Shown: piece after piece, positions 9,187 through 19,300 of the stretch
How positions within the stretch are numbered: position 1 is the first letter of the stretch
Layout of the letters: each line of letters opens with the position of its first letter
Origin: Spirochaetia bacterium
GTDB lineage: Bacteria > Spirochaetota > Spirochaetia > SZUA-6 > Bin103
Length of the DNA: 64,000 nucleotides
Assembly (NCBI GenBank): GCA_965208575.1
Contig: CBDBOV010000006.1
Span: forward strand, 1,088,001 to 1,152,000
Direction of reading: 5' to 3'
The notes under the pieces: generated by a model
What the model was told of the DNA's origin: nothing
What the model saw: only the letters and a program-made list of their open reading frames with translations
Database searches by the model: none
Program-made: the position numbers and the translations under genes

Positions 9187-9717
9187 ATGACCGACCTTCT
9201 GGCTACACGGGTGCGCGAAACGCTGCGGGCGGTACCCGACTTTCCCAAGCCCGGCATCCTGTTCCGCGACATCACCCCGCTGCTTACCTCCAGCGGCCTG
9301 CTGCCGCGCGTGGTGTCCTGGCTGGCCGAGCAGTGCACCGAGCGGCGCGCCGACCGGATCGCCTGCATCGAGAGCCGCGGCTTCCTGTTCGGCGCGCCGC
9401 TCGCCGAGCGGCTCGACCTGCCGCTGGCCCTGATCCGCAAGCCGGGCAAGCTGCCGTACCGGACCATCCGCCAGGACTATGCGCTGGAGTACGGCTCCGA
9501 CGCGCTGGAGATGCACGCCGACGCATGCCGGGCGGGCGACCGGGTGGTGCTGATCGACGACGTGCTGGCCACCGGCGGCACTGCCAACGCGGCCTGCGAA
9601 CTGATCGAGAAGCTGGGCGCCGAGGTCGCCGCCGTCCTGTTCGTGCTCGAACTCAGCGAACTGGACGGCCGCGCGCTCCTGCACGACCGCCCCTGCCTCA
9701 GCCTGACCGAGGTGTAG
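9187..9717 (+). CDS. apt: Adenine phosphoribosyltransferase
   Basis: PDFPKPGILFRDITPLL, ESRGF, RKPGKLP, YALEYG, PRPP-binding VLIDDVLATGGT; ATG at 9187 after GAGGAG. Confidence 0.96.
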   Translation: MTDLLATRVRETLRAVPDFPKPGILFRDITPLLTSSGLLPRVVSWLAEQCTERRADRIACIESRGFLFGAPLAERLDLPLALIRKPGKLPYRTIRQDYALEYGSDALEMHADACRAGDRVVLIDDVLATGGTANAACELIEKLGAEVAAVLFVLELSELDGRALLHDRPCLSLTEV

Positions 9718-9816
9718 GACGCGCGCGGTCCCTTACCCGACACCGTCGGGGCGCCGCCGCCGGTGGTCGCCGAGACCGTGCAAGGCGTGTCCATGTCCCT
9801 GTATTGCGCCTGCCCA

Positions 9817-12426
9817 CTAAGGGTTGCCTGCCGCGGCGCGCAGGGCTTCGAGGCCGGCGCGCGCGGTTTCCAGGTCGGGGTCGATCGCCACCGCGCGCTC
9901 GAAGTGGCGGAGTGCGTCATCGGCACGGCCGAGGTAGTACAGCGTAGCGCCGAGGTTGGAGTAGGTCTGCGCGCTGTCCGGGGTGAGCTCGAGCAGGTTG
10001 CGGTACAGGACGAGCGCCTCCTGGTACTGCTCCTGGCCGAACCGGACCATTGCGAGGCGGTCGAGCGATGAGCTGTCGCGCGGGTCGATCCGAACCGCTT
10101 CGGCGTAATGGCGCGCCGCTTCGTCGACGCGGCCCAGGTGCTGAGCGGCCTGCCCCGCGAGGCCGTGCAGCACGCCCGCCACCTTCTGGTCCGGTTGTGC
10201 GGCCAGGGCCCGTTGCATGGCGTCGAGCGCCTCTTCGAACCGCTCCAGGCGGAACAGCGTATCGCCCATGCCGGCATGCGCGAACGCGTAGTCGGGCGCG
10301 ACCGCCAGCACGTCCCGATAGGCGGCCAGCGCCTCTTCGTAGCGTTGCTCCTTGCGCAGCGCTTCGGCGATGTTCTGCAGGTGGGCCGGATCGTTCGGGC
10401 GCAGCTCGCGGGCGCGGCTCATCAACGCTTCGGCCTCGTCGCGGCGTCCCTGCGCGCGCAGCACGCCGGCCAGTTCCAGCAGCCCCGCGGCCTCGTTCGG
10501 TTCGGCCGCCAGTGCGTCGCGGAAAAACCCCTCGGCGCGGTCGAGCTGTCCCAGGGAGCGGGTCGCGCGGCCCATCAGAAGGGAGAGCTTGCCCGCGAAC
10601 GGCAACCCCGGATCGATCCGGAGGGCCGTGGCGAGAGCATCGACCGCCGCCTCGTAGCGTTGCAGTTGATACAGCGCATCCCCCAGGCCGGCGTACGCCA
10701 GCGCGTACCCGTCGTCGCGCCGCAACACCGCGCGGTAGGCATCGACCGCCGCCTCGTAGCGGCCCTGTTTCCTGAGCAGCTCGGCGCTGTTCTGCAGCGC
10801 ACTCTGGTGCGTCGGATCGAGCGCGCGCGCCCGGCTCAGCGCTTCGCCCGCCTCGTCGAACCGCCCCAGGTTCATCAGGGCGAGACCGAGGTTGGAGTAG
10901 GCGTCGGCGGAGTCGGGGCGCTGCTCGACGGCGATGCGGCTCGCGGCGACGCCGTCCTCGTTGCGTCCGGCTTCGATCAGCGCGTTGCCCAGGTTGAGGT
11001 GGGCATCGCGCGCCTGCGGGTTGAGCGCCACGACGTGGCTGAACAGGGTGACCTCGTCGCGGTAGACCCCGGCCTGCCGCCAGGTGAGCGCCGCGAGGCC
11101 CAGCACCAGCGCCACCGCCAGTCCCGCCGCCGCCATCCGTGCCGCCTCCGGCAGCCTGCGCATGCCGGACGGCAGCCTGCGCATGCCGTGCGCGGCGGCG
11201 CCGATCAGCACCGTCAGCACGCCGATGCAGGCCAGGTACTGGAAGCGGTCGGCGACGAACGAGAACTGCATGTACCCGTAGTCGATGAAGCCCAGCACCG
11301 GCGCCAGCGTCACCGCGAACAACAGCGCCCCCGCCAGCGGGCCGCGTCCGATCCGGCGCCGCGCCAGCCAGAGCGCCGCCGCCAGCGCCGCCGCACCCGC
11401 AAGGTAGGCCCAGGCCGGCAGGGCGCGGGCATCGATCTCCCACAGCGGGTAGATCACCGCCAGGTCGACCGGCCACACCAGCTTGCCGGCGTAGAACCAC
11501 AGCGCGCGCGCCGCGATCAGCGCCCGTTCGACCAGCGAGTAGCCCAGCTCCAGCGGTTCGCGCGAGGCGTAGAACGCCAGGTCGGCCAGCGTGATCCCCA
11601 CCCCCACCGCAACGAACGGCGCCAGGCGCAGCAGGTCGACCGGGGCGATCTTCTCGCGCCGCCACCAGTGCAGGATCAGCAGCGCGACCGGCAGCGTCAC
11701 CACCACCGACTTGCACAGCAGGCCGGCCGCGAACAGCACCAGGGCAAGCGCGTAGCGTCCCGGCCCCGGCGATTCGTCGAAGCGGACCCAGGTGTGCACC
11801 GCGGTCAGGTAGCACAAGGCGGACAGCAGGTCCTTGCGCTCGATGATCCAGGCCACCGACTCGACGTGCAGCGGGTGAACCGCGAACACCGCGGCGATCA
11901 GCACGGCTCCGGGAATGGCGAGGCGGGCGAGCAGGCGCCACAGCAGCAGGCAGTTGCCCAGGTGCAGGAGGATGTTGACGGCATGGTAGCCGACCGGGTT
12001 CAGGCCCCAGACCTTGTGCTCCAGCCAGAACGAGGTGTACACCAGCGGCCAGTAGTGGCCTTCGTTCCTGATGTCGGCCGGCGAGAACCAGATGCTGCGC
12101 AGGCCGGCCGGCGAGTGGATTACCGGCTCCTCGGAGAAGATCACGTCGTCCCACACGAAGCCGCCCTGCAGCGCCGGAAAGTAGCTCACCGCCACCAGCA
12201 GCGCGATCGCCAGCACGACCGGCGTTTCCTGAGCGGACCGGTCCGCGCTCCCCGGCGCCGGATCGTCCAACGCGGCGGCGGGCGCCGCGGCGGGGCCGTG
12301 GTCCGGTCGGATGACGGACGCCGCCGCCCGCCGGGACCGGCTGCCGGGCGTGGCCGGTGGTGAGTCGCCGCGGGCGGTTGTGCGAGCCGCCGGTCTGCGC
12401 CGGTCCTTGTTCTTGCGGCCTGCCAT
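9817..12426 (-). CDS. TMTC-like GT-C glycosyltransferase (protein O-mannosyltransferase-like) with C-terminal TPR array
   Basis: FVWDD acidic motif after the first TM, HPLHVESVAWI..RKDLL, ADRFQYL; about 10 TM segments followed by roughly 12 TPR-like repeats (AHLNLGNAL, AYSNLGLAL, AYAGLGDAL). Confidence 0.82.
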   Translation of the reverse strand: MAGRKNKDRRRPAARTTARGDSPPATPGSRSRRAAASVIRPDHGPAAAPAAALDDPAPGSADRSAQETPVVLAIALLVAVSYFPALQGGFVWDDVIFSEEPVIHSPAGLRSIWFSPADIRNEGHYWPLVYTSFWLEHKVWGLNPVGYHAVNILLHLGNCLLLWRLLARLAIPGAVLIAAVFAVHPLHVESVAWIIERKDLLSALCYLTAVHTWVRFDESPGPGRYALALVLFAAGLLCKSVVVTLPVALLILHWWRREKIAPVDLLRLAPFVAVGVGITLADLAFYASREPLELGYSLVERALIAARALWFYAGKLVWPVDLAVIYPLWEIDARALPAWAYLAGAAALAAALWLARRRIGRGPLAGALLFAVTLAPVLGFIDYGYMQFSFVADRFQYLACIGVLTVLIGAAAHGMRRLPSGMRRLPEAARMAAAGLAVALVLGLAALTWRQAGVYRDEVTLFSHVVALNPQARDAHLNLGNALIEAGRNEDGVAASRIAVEQRPDSADAYSNLGLALMNLGRFDEAGEALSRARALDPTHQSALQNSAELLRKQGRYEAAVDAYRAVLRRDDGYALAYAGLGDALYQLQRYEAAVDALATALRIDPGLPFAGKLSLLMGRATRSLGQLDRAEGFFRDALAAEPNEAAGLLELAGVLRAQGRRDEAEALMSRARELRPNDPAHLQNIAEALRKEQRYEEALAAYRDVLAVAPDYAFAHAGMGDTLFRLERFEEALDAMQRALAAQPDQKVAGVLHGLAGQAAQHLGRVDEAARHYAEAVRIDPRDSSSLDRLAMVRFGQEQYQEALVLYRNLLELTPDSAQTYSNLGATLYYLGRADDALRHFERAVAIDPDLETARAGLEALRAAAGNP

Positions 12427-12521
12427 GTCCTGTTCAATGTCTCCCTGATCGTTGCATGTCGCCGGATCGAGTTTCCGTGGCCGGCGGCCGCCTGCTCATC
12501 GTCGGTCGCCCGCGTGCGCGG

Positions 12522-14285
12522 TCACGGCCATGGCCGGGCGGCGAAGCGGATGCCGGCGTCCGGCGGCGGCTCGGGAGCGTCGGCGTCGATCTGCCGCATC
12601 GCGCGCCGCACGACGTGGAAGACGATCACCGGTGAGTACTCCCGCCACTCGCGCACCGGCGGTTCGGTGGCGTCGCGCCGCAGGATGCGCACGATGCGCG
12701 TGGTGCCGAACTCGCGCTCGGGCGAGTATCCCGGCACGGTCAGGCCCGGATCCGTGGACACGAGGTGGCTCACCGCCGCGGGAATCTTCGCCAGGTCCTG
12801 CCCGAGGATGTCGCGCCCGACGTAGGCATCGTACAGGGGTACCGCGCGGTGCAGGTAGTAGTAGCCGGGCGTGGAGGAGTATCCCCGGTCGACCTGCCAC
12901 ACCGCTCCGACGTCCTGTGCGCGGGCCAGGTAGCGGTAGGCGGCGAACAGCGGGTCGTGGTCGCGCACGAAGCCGAACAACGCGGCCTCGTCGGACCACT
13001 GCCGGTATGCCTGCGCCTGCGCGGGCAGCGACTTCAGGACCCCGGAAAAGGACACGCACGCGAACAACGCGCCCGCCGCCGCCAGCGCCCAGCGTTCCGC
13101 GGCCGCGCGCGACGCCCGCCGCGCTGCCCACGCCGCCGCCCGCGCGCCAAGGTCCGCTCCGATCAGCAGCCACACCGGGATGGCGGCGAATACGAACCGG
13201 TACTCCTTGTGCGCCGGCAACGAATGCGTCAACAGCACCAGGCCCGTCAGTCCGAGGAGCAGGCCGTAGCGTCGCGGCCACCGCAGCGCTGCCACGAGGC
13301 ACAGAGCGCCGAGCCCGCCGCCCGCGATCACGAACCACCAGAGCAGGTGATGCGCCGCATCGGCGCCGACGAATTCCTCGCCGGCCAACAGGTTGAAGCG
13401 CAGGTTCGTGACGTAGGAGTGAAACAGGTCGCCGCCCCACGTCAGACCATCGAAGATGCCCACCGCAAACAGCAGCGCCGTGCAGGCCGATGCCAGCAAC
13501 AGCTTCTGGCGCGTACGCACGAACACGATGGCCGCCAGCACCAGGGCAACCGGGGCGTAGTGCATGCGGAGCGCCGCGACCAGAACGGCGAGGCCGGCCG
13601 CGTGCCAGATTACCCGCGGCCGGTCGACTGCCGGTCGTACGCACAGCGCCAGCAACCCGATCAGCGGCGCCGTCGCGACCAGTTCCGTGAGCGGTTTGTG
13701 CGCGAACGCGGCCAGCTCGTACCAGAACGCGCCCGCGAGCAGCGCCAGCCGTGCCGAGGACTCGCCGAAGTGGCGGCGCGCGAAGCAGTACATTCCGGCC
13801 GGAACTGCCAGCGAGAGCGCGCACCACAGCAGCTTGACGCCGCCGACGTACCAGCCCGGCTCGCCGAGGCCAACCAGGTCGAACAGCTTGAGCACCGCCG
13901 CCACCGCACCCGGGACCAGCCAGGAGCGGGCGCCGTAGAAGTACTCCCAGTAGATCACCCCGTTGCCGAACACCAACCGGTGGGCCGGCTCCAGGTACTG
14001 CATGATCTCATCGGGATGCAGCACGAAGTCGCCGCTCAGGGCGACCGCGGCACGCGCCGCGAACGCCAGCGCCAGCACCACGGGAACGAGCCTCCAGCGC
14101 GGCTCATCCGGCGTGTGCGGGTGGATCAGTCCGTCGAACAGGGCGCGTGGAGTCGCCGCCGGCGGGCGGGCGCCGCTTGCCGCGGCCGCGGACCCGACAG
14201 GGAGATGCGGCTCCTGCGAAGCCCTCGCCCGGTGCGCGCGCCGGGCGCGCCGGCGCGGCGCAGGCCCGGTCGCGCGATGCCGCAC
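12522..14285 (-). CDS. GT-C glycosyltransferase, PIG-B/Alg9-like mannosyltransferase (GT22)
   Basis: HPDEIMQYLEPAH...YWEY and HKEYRF match PIG-B/Alg9 motifs; multi-TM; start placed at the GTG just after the upstream stop (uncertain). Confidence 0.78.
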   Translation of the reverse strand: MRHRATGPAPRRRARRAHRARASQEPHLPVGSAAAASGARPPAATPRALFDGLIHPHTPDEPRWRLVPVVLALAFAARAAVALSGDFVLHPDEIMQYLEPAHRLVFGNGVIYWEYFYGARSWLVPGAVAAVLKLFDLVGLGEPGWYVGGVKLLWCALSLAVPAGMYCFARRHFGESSARLALLAGAFWYELAAFAHKPLTELVATAPLIGLLALCVRPAVDRPRVIWHAAGLAVLVAALRMHYAPVALVLAAIVFVRTRQKLLLASACTALLFAVGIFDGLTWGGDLFHSYVTNLRFNLLAGEEFVGADAAHHLLWWFVIAGGGLGALCLVAALRWPRRYGLLLGLTGLVLLTHSLPAHKEYRFVFAAIPVWLLIGADLGARAAAWAARRASRAAAERWALAAAGALFACVSFSGVLKSLPAQAQAYRQWSDEAALFGFVRDHDPLFAAYRYLARAQDVGAVWQVDRGYSSTPGYYYLHRAVPLYDAYVGRDILGQDLAKIPAAVSHLVSTDPGLTVPGYSPEREFGTTRIVRILRRDATEPPVREWREYSPVIVFHVVRRAMRQIDADAPEPPPDAGIRFAARPWP

Positions 14286-14295
14286 CCCGGCGATG

Positions 14296-16074
14296 CTAGT
14301 CGGCGGTATGTCTTTGCAGAATGTGGACACCGAACCCTCTCGCCGGCAACGGGGTGAAGGCGTGCAGGTTGATCTCCGGGCGCTGCGTCGGATAGTGGAA
14401 CACGTCCAGTTGGGCGACCACCCCGAACCGGTCGGAGATCTTGTCCAGGTACTCGGGATCCGGCTCGCCGAACAGCACGATCCAGTCGGGTACGGTGCCC
14501 CGGACGGCAAGGTGCGAGCCCAGTCGCGCGATCGCCGCCGGCGGCAGGGGCGAGTCGTCGTGCAGGACGCAGCAATACAGCACGCGGTGGCCGGTGGTGA
14601 AGGTCAGCGCCTCGCGGTTGGAGAACCTCGGGACATAGACCAGGTCGTCCTGCTCTGCATGCTCGAGCAGATACTCGGAGACTACCTGAATGGAGTCGCG
14701 GTAGCGGCGGTGTATCTCCTGAACGAACAGTGGCAGGTGCAGCCCGAGCGTGCGCTCGCCGGTGTGAACCAGGGGCACGTTGAACGGCCACGCCCCGGCG
14801 CTGGACAGCAGCAGCACGGCCAGCGCCGCACCGCCGGCGATCCGCCATCGCCGCCACAGCCACTCGACGAACAGCCCCTTCATCGGCAGCAGCAGCGGCA
14901 GCGCGCCCATGTAGTAACGCAGGTCGGCTGCCCACACCGGTTGCGGGGAAAGTGCGGCGGAGAACAGCGCGAACAGCGCACCCGCGAGCACGATCCGCCC
15001 GACGGCCGCGGCCGGCACGTCGTCACGCCGCGCCGCGGGCGCCGCGCGGTCGCCGTGCTTCGCCGCCACGCGCGGCCGGGGGCCTCGCGCGCCTTTCGGC
15101 CGCCCGCCGCCGCGGGGGCGGGCCGCACGCGGGCGGCGCAGGTTGCCGATGAAGGGCCACGACAGCGTACCTGCGAACCATAGAAGCAGCGGCCACGAGA
15201 CCCAGTCCGCGGCAAACAGTGCGCGCGTGCCGTTGGCCAGGCGCAGGACAGGGGGCGGCACGGTTCCGCGGTACTCTTCCAGCCCGACCACCCCGGTATA
15301 GGCGGCAAAACCGCTGCGCTCGCCGCCCAGCAGCCCCACCCACCCGAGGTACGCGGCGCCGAGAACAACCACGATGCCTCCGCCCGCCGCCAGCGCCAGC
15401 CACTGCCGGGGCGTCGTCTCGCGCCCGCGGAACAGCAGGTGCCAGGCGGCGAGCGCCAGCATGGTGGCGGCGCCGCCGACGTAGTGGTTGAAGAACGCCA
15501 GCGCCGCCACCAGCGTCAGCCCGCCGAGCGCCCACGCGCGACCGCTTCGCCACCACGCTTCGTAGAGGCAGAACGCGGCGATCAGGGCAAGCGCCATGAA
15601 TGCGTAGTAGCGCGACTGCCGGAAGTACAGGAGCAGTTGCGGCGACCAGGCGGCGAACAGCACGCACAGGAGGATCAGCCTTGGATGGTGTCGCAGGTGC
15701 TGGCGGAGCAGCAGGTACAGCAGGACCAGCGACAGGACTCCGAACAGGGCGGGCGCGATGCGCGCGGAGGTCTCGTTGACGCCGAACAGGGCGAAGGACG
15801 CCGCGTTGACGGCGTACATCAGCGGCGGCAGCACGTCGCGCAGATCGTCGTTCAGGGTGCGCCCGTTGGTTCCGCCCACCAGGTTGCGGCCGTCCCAGCC
15901 GATGATGTCGCCCTGTTGCAGAAGGTTGCGCCCGATCAGCGCGGTCGGCGCCTCGTCATGCCACAGGGCGGCGTAGTCCAGGTTCGCGAGACAGAGGTAG
16001 GCGGCGACGGCCAGCACGGCCGCCGCCAGCACGGTGTGCGGCGCGTTGCGTGCGCGCGCAAGCAGGCCGGCCAT
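14296..16074 (-). CDS. GT-C glycosyltransferase, ArnT/PMT_2-like (GT83/GT39-like)
   Basis: LWHDEA acidic motif after TM1, PPLMY, ARIAPALFG, RQSRYY; multi-TM with a soluble C-terminal domain; ATG at 16074. Confidence 0.75.
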   Translation of the reverse strand: MAGLLARARNAPHTVLAAAVLAVAAYLCLANLDYAALWHDEAPTALIGRNLLQQGDIIGWDGRNLVGGTNGRTLNDDLRDVLPPLMYAVNAASFALFGVNETSARIAPALFGVLSLVLLYLLLRQHLRHHPRLILLCVLFAAWSPQLLLYFRQSRYYAFMALALIAAFCLYEAWWRSGRAWALGGLTLVAALAFFNHYVGGAATMLALAAWHLLFRGRETTPRQWLALAAGGGIVVVLGAAYLGWVGLLGGERSGFAAYTGVVGLEEYRGTVPPPVLRLANGTRALFAADWVSWPLLLWFAGTLSWPFIGNLRRPRAARPRGGGRPKGARGPRPRVAAKHGDRAAPAARRDDVPAAAVGRIVLAGALFALFSAALSPQPVWAADLRYYMGALPLLLPMKGLFVEWLWRRWRIAGGAALAVLLLSSAGAWPFNVPLVHTGERTLGLHLPLFVQEIHRRYRDSIQVVSEYLLEHAEQDDLVYVPRFSNREALTFTTGHRVLYCCVLHDDSPLPPAAIARLGSHLAVRGTVPDWIVLFGEPDPEYLDKISDRFGVVAQLDVFHYPTQRPEINLHAFTPLPARGFGVHILQRHTAD

Positions 16075-16264
16075 CACCGGCGGTCGTTCGCCGCCTCCCT
16101 GAACGTCTCCCTGAACGTTGGCACCACCGCCGACACCCCACGGTGCGCAGCGCCGGGCGGTTTCCTGTTCCCATTGCCTCGGTTCCGCCGGTTCCGCCCT
16201 GCCGCACGCGCCCGCATGCATGGAGGCACTATAGCCGATCTTGCGTGGATCGTGCTCGTATGCC

Positions 16265-16320
16265 GTTTGTGGATACTTATAAATTATGTAAAATCACTAT
16301 ATTTTTATGAAAAGTGAACG
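16265..16320. promoter_or_regulatory. AT-rich divergent promoter region between the GT-C operon and adhesin 1
   Basis: Abrupt AT-rich patch ATACTTATAAATTATGTAAAATCACTATATTTTTATGAAAAG; candidate TTGTGG-16-TAAAAT on + and TTCATA-17-CATAAT on -. Confidence 0.55.
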
Positions 16321-19300
16321 CTCGTTAGTGTACCGTTCGATTTCGTGCGTGCGGAGGTGGCAAGACACGCCGCGACCCGATGTGCGCCTTGGTGGCCGCC
16401 CCGTCGTGCGGACGGGCGGCCTCGTGCGCACGGGCGCCCTTGCGCGCACCCTGTTCGTGGTCCTCATCAGTCTCGCGGCCGCACCGAGCGCTGTGGCGCA
16501 GCAGGCCGGGATCACGGTGGGCTGGGGGGCGGCCCACTACATAGCGGAGGAGGGCGGCCAACGGGCGGCGCTGGAGCTGCGCATGAGTGCGGCCCCCGGC
16601 CGCCAGGTCACAGTACACTTCGTGGTGGATCGCCGCGGGGGCGCGACCGCCGCCGACCACGACTACATCCCGTCCAGCGTCGTGTTCGAGCCCACCGATA
16701 CCGTCCGATGGATCGTGGTGCGAGCGGTCGACGACGACGAGGACGACGACGGCACGGACCACCTGCGCGAGCGCCTGCAGGTACACTTCGTCATTCTACC
16801 CCCGGACAGTGCAAGCTTTGTTTACGGCCACAGAACCGCGACGGTGGAGTTGCGCGACAACGACGGCGTGCGGCCGCCGACCGTCCCGCGCTTGCGCGCC
16901 GCCACACCCCTCGACGGCGCGGTGGAACTGCAGTGGGACGAAGGGCTGCACGGCGGCGTCCCCGCGTCGTTCCAACTCTTCATACAGGATGAGGGCACTG
17001 GCGGACAACAATGGTTCGTCACCGGCATCGCGGGTACGGCGCGCAGCATCACGGTGGGCACGGACCTCGCGGACATCGGCCGGGCGCTGGTCAACGGCAA
17101 CCGCCACCGGTTCGAGCTGCGCGCGAGGAACGCGGCGGGAGCGAGCGGCTGGGTTCGGGCCTTTGCCACGCCGAGCGCCATGCCGCCGGCCGCCGTGGGC
17201 GTGCGCTGGACGGAAGAAGACTACACAGCGTTCGAAGGGGGGCGCCCAGCCGTGGCGAGAGTGCGCTTGGACACCGCGCTCGACGACGACGTGACCATAC
17301 CGCTGTGGCACGCCTTCGAGGACCTCACGTCGCCCGCCGACGTCGTGCTCCCGGATCCGCTCAACATCACCATCGCGGCCGGTCAGAGGGACGCGACCCT
17401 GACCATAGCCGCGGTCGACGACGGCTTCCGCGAGCCCGAGGAAGCGGTCCAACTCTGGTTCTCCCAATTGCCGGAAGGCATCGCTTTCGAAGCCTCGACG
17501 GCGCGTCCCAATACCCGCATCCTGCTGAGGGACAACGACATCCGCCTGCGGGCCCGCTTCAAGGAACGTACCTACGAAGTGCGCGAAGGCGGCAGCGTGG
17601 ACGTGACCCTGCTCCTGGACCGGACCAATCCCGGCGTCCTGGGCACGTTGCACCTGAGTCGCGAGGACCGCCGTGGCGCGTCGGGTGCGGACCTGGTCGG
17701 CGTCCCGCCGTCCGTGACCTTCCTGCCACACGCCTCCACGCTGACCTTTACCCTGGAGGCGACCGACGATGACGTCGATGACGAACACGAATCGGTCAAC
17801 CTCCACCTGGTCGGTCCGTTTTCGCCCGCGGTGGGCGCCGGCACCCCAAGCACCGCCACGATCCGGATCATCGACAACGACGGTCCCGCCAAGGCGTCGT
17901 TCGACAAGCCTGTCTACACGGTGGCGGAGGGCGGCAGCGCGACCGTGCGGGTGCGGCTGACCCGGGCGCCCGGCGTTGCCGCGGAGGTGCGCCTGTGGAG
18001 CGGGCCGGCGGGCGGCGCGAGCGCGGCGGACTACGGCGGGATCCCGAGGAGCTTGACCTTCGGGCCGCGGCAGACGGAGGCGGCGTTCGTGGTGACGGCG
18101 GCGGTGGACGAGGTCGACGAGACCGGCGAGCAGGTCCACATGCACCTCGTGCGGCTGCAGGTCAATCCGGTCATCCTCGCGGGGACGCCGCGGTCGGCCG
18201 TGGTGCACTTGACCGACGTGCCGGTGACCGGGGTGAAGGTGGCGTACGAACGGGACAGCTACAGCGCGACGGAGGGCGGCGCCTCGGTGACCGTGGCGGT
18301 CGTGCTCGACCGGGCGCCGGGACGCCGGGTGACGGTGCCGCTGACACACACGGCGCAGGGGGGCGCCACCGCCGCCGACTACAACAGCAGCGCCATCCCC
18401 GCCACGGTCACGTTCGCGGCCACCGAGGTGCGCAAGACCTTCACCGTCAGCGCGACCGCCGACAATGTGTCGGAAACCGGCGAGCGGGTGCGGTTCACCT
18501 TCGCGGAACCGCATCGGCTTCCGCCGGGGGTGCTGGTGGGCACGCCGCCGGCGGCCACCGTGCACCTGACCGAGACGCCCCCGGCGGCGGTGTCGTACGA
18601 GCAGGACAGCTACACGGTGCAGGAGGGCGGCCCCGCGGTGGCGGTGGCGGTCGTGCTCGACCGCACGCCGGGGCGGACGGTCACCGTGAACCTGACCCGC
18701 GCCAACCAGGGCGCCACGTCCGACGCCGACTACCGCGGCGTGCCCGCCGGCGTCACGTTCGCGGCCACCGAGACGCGCAGGACGTTTTCGGTGACCGCGA
18801 CCGAAGACCGCGTCTACGAGACCGGCGAGTCGGTGCTGCTCGGGTTCGCGACGCTGCCGGCAGGGCTCAACGCCGGCGCCAGGCCGGAGACGACGCTGCA
18901 CCTGAGCGAGAATCGGGCGCCGGCGGTGCAGGTGGGGTTCGAGTACAACAGCTATACCGCGCAGGAGCCGCCGCAGGAGGTGGCCGCGGAGGTGGCCGTG
19001 GTCCTCGACCGTGCGCCGGGGCGCCCGGTCACCGTCAGCCTGACCCGGACCAACCAGGGCGGCGCCTCGGACGCCGACTATGGCGGCGTGCCTGCGAGCG
19101 TCGCCTTCGGGCCGGCGGACACCCGCAGCACCTTCCGGGTGACCGCAACACGCGATCAGCCCGATCCGGGCGAGTCGGTGCTGCTCGGGTTCGCCGCCAA
19201 CCTGCCGGCGGGCGTATCGGTGGACACGTGGCCGACGGCGCGGGTGCACCTGCGCGATTTCGACAGACGCAGCGACCCGACGACGACGGTGCGCTTCGAA

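Noticed and set aside
16307-16381. ATG 16307 as the true start of adhesin 1
   Set aside because: It lies inside the AT-rich promoter-like motif with no RBS and gives an overlong n-region; a downstream GTG is more likely. Kept only as the ORF boundary.
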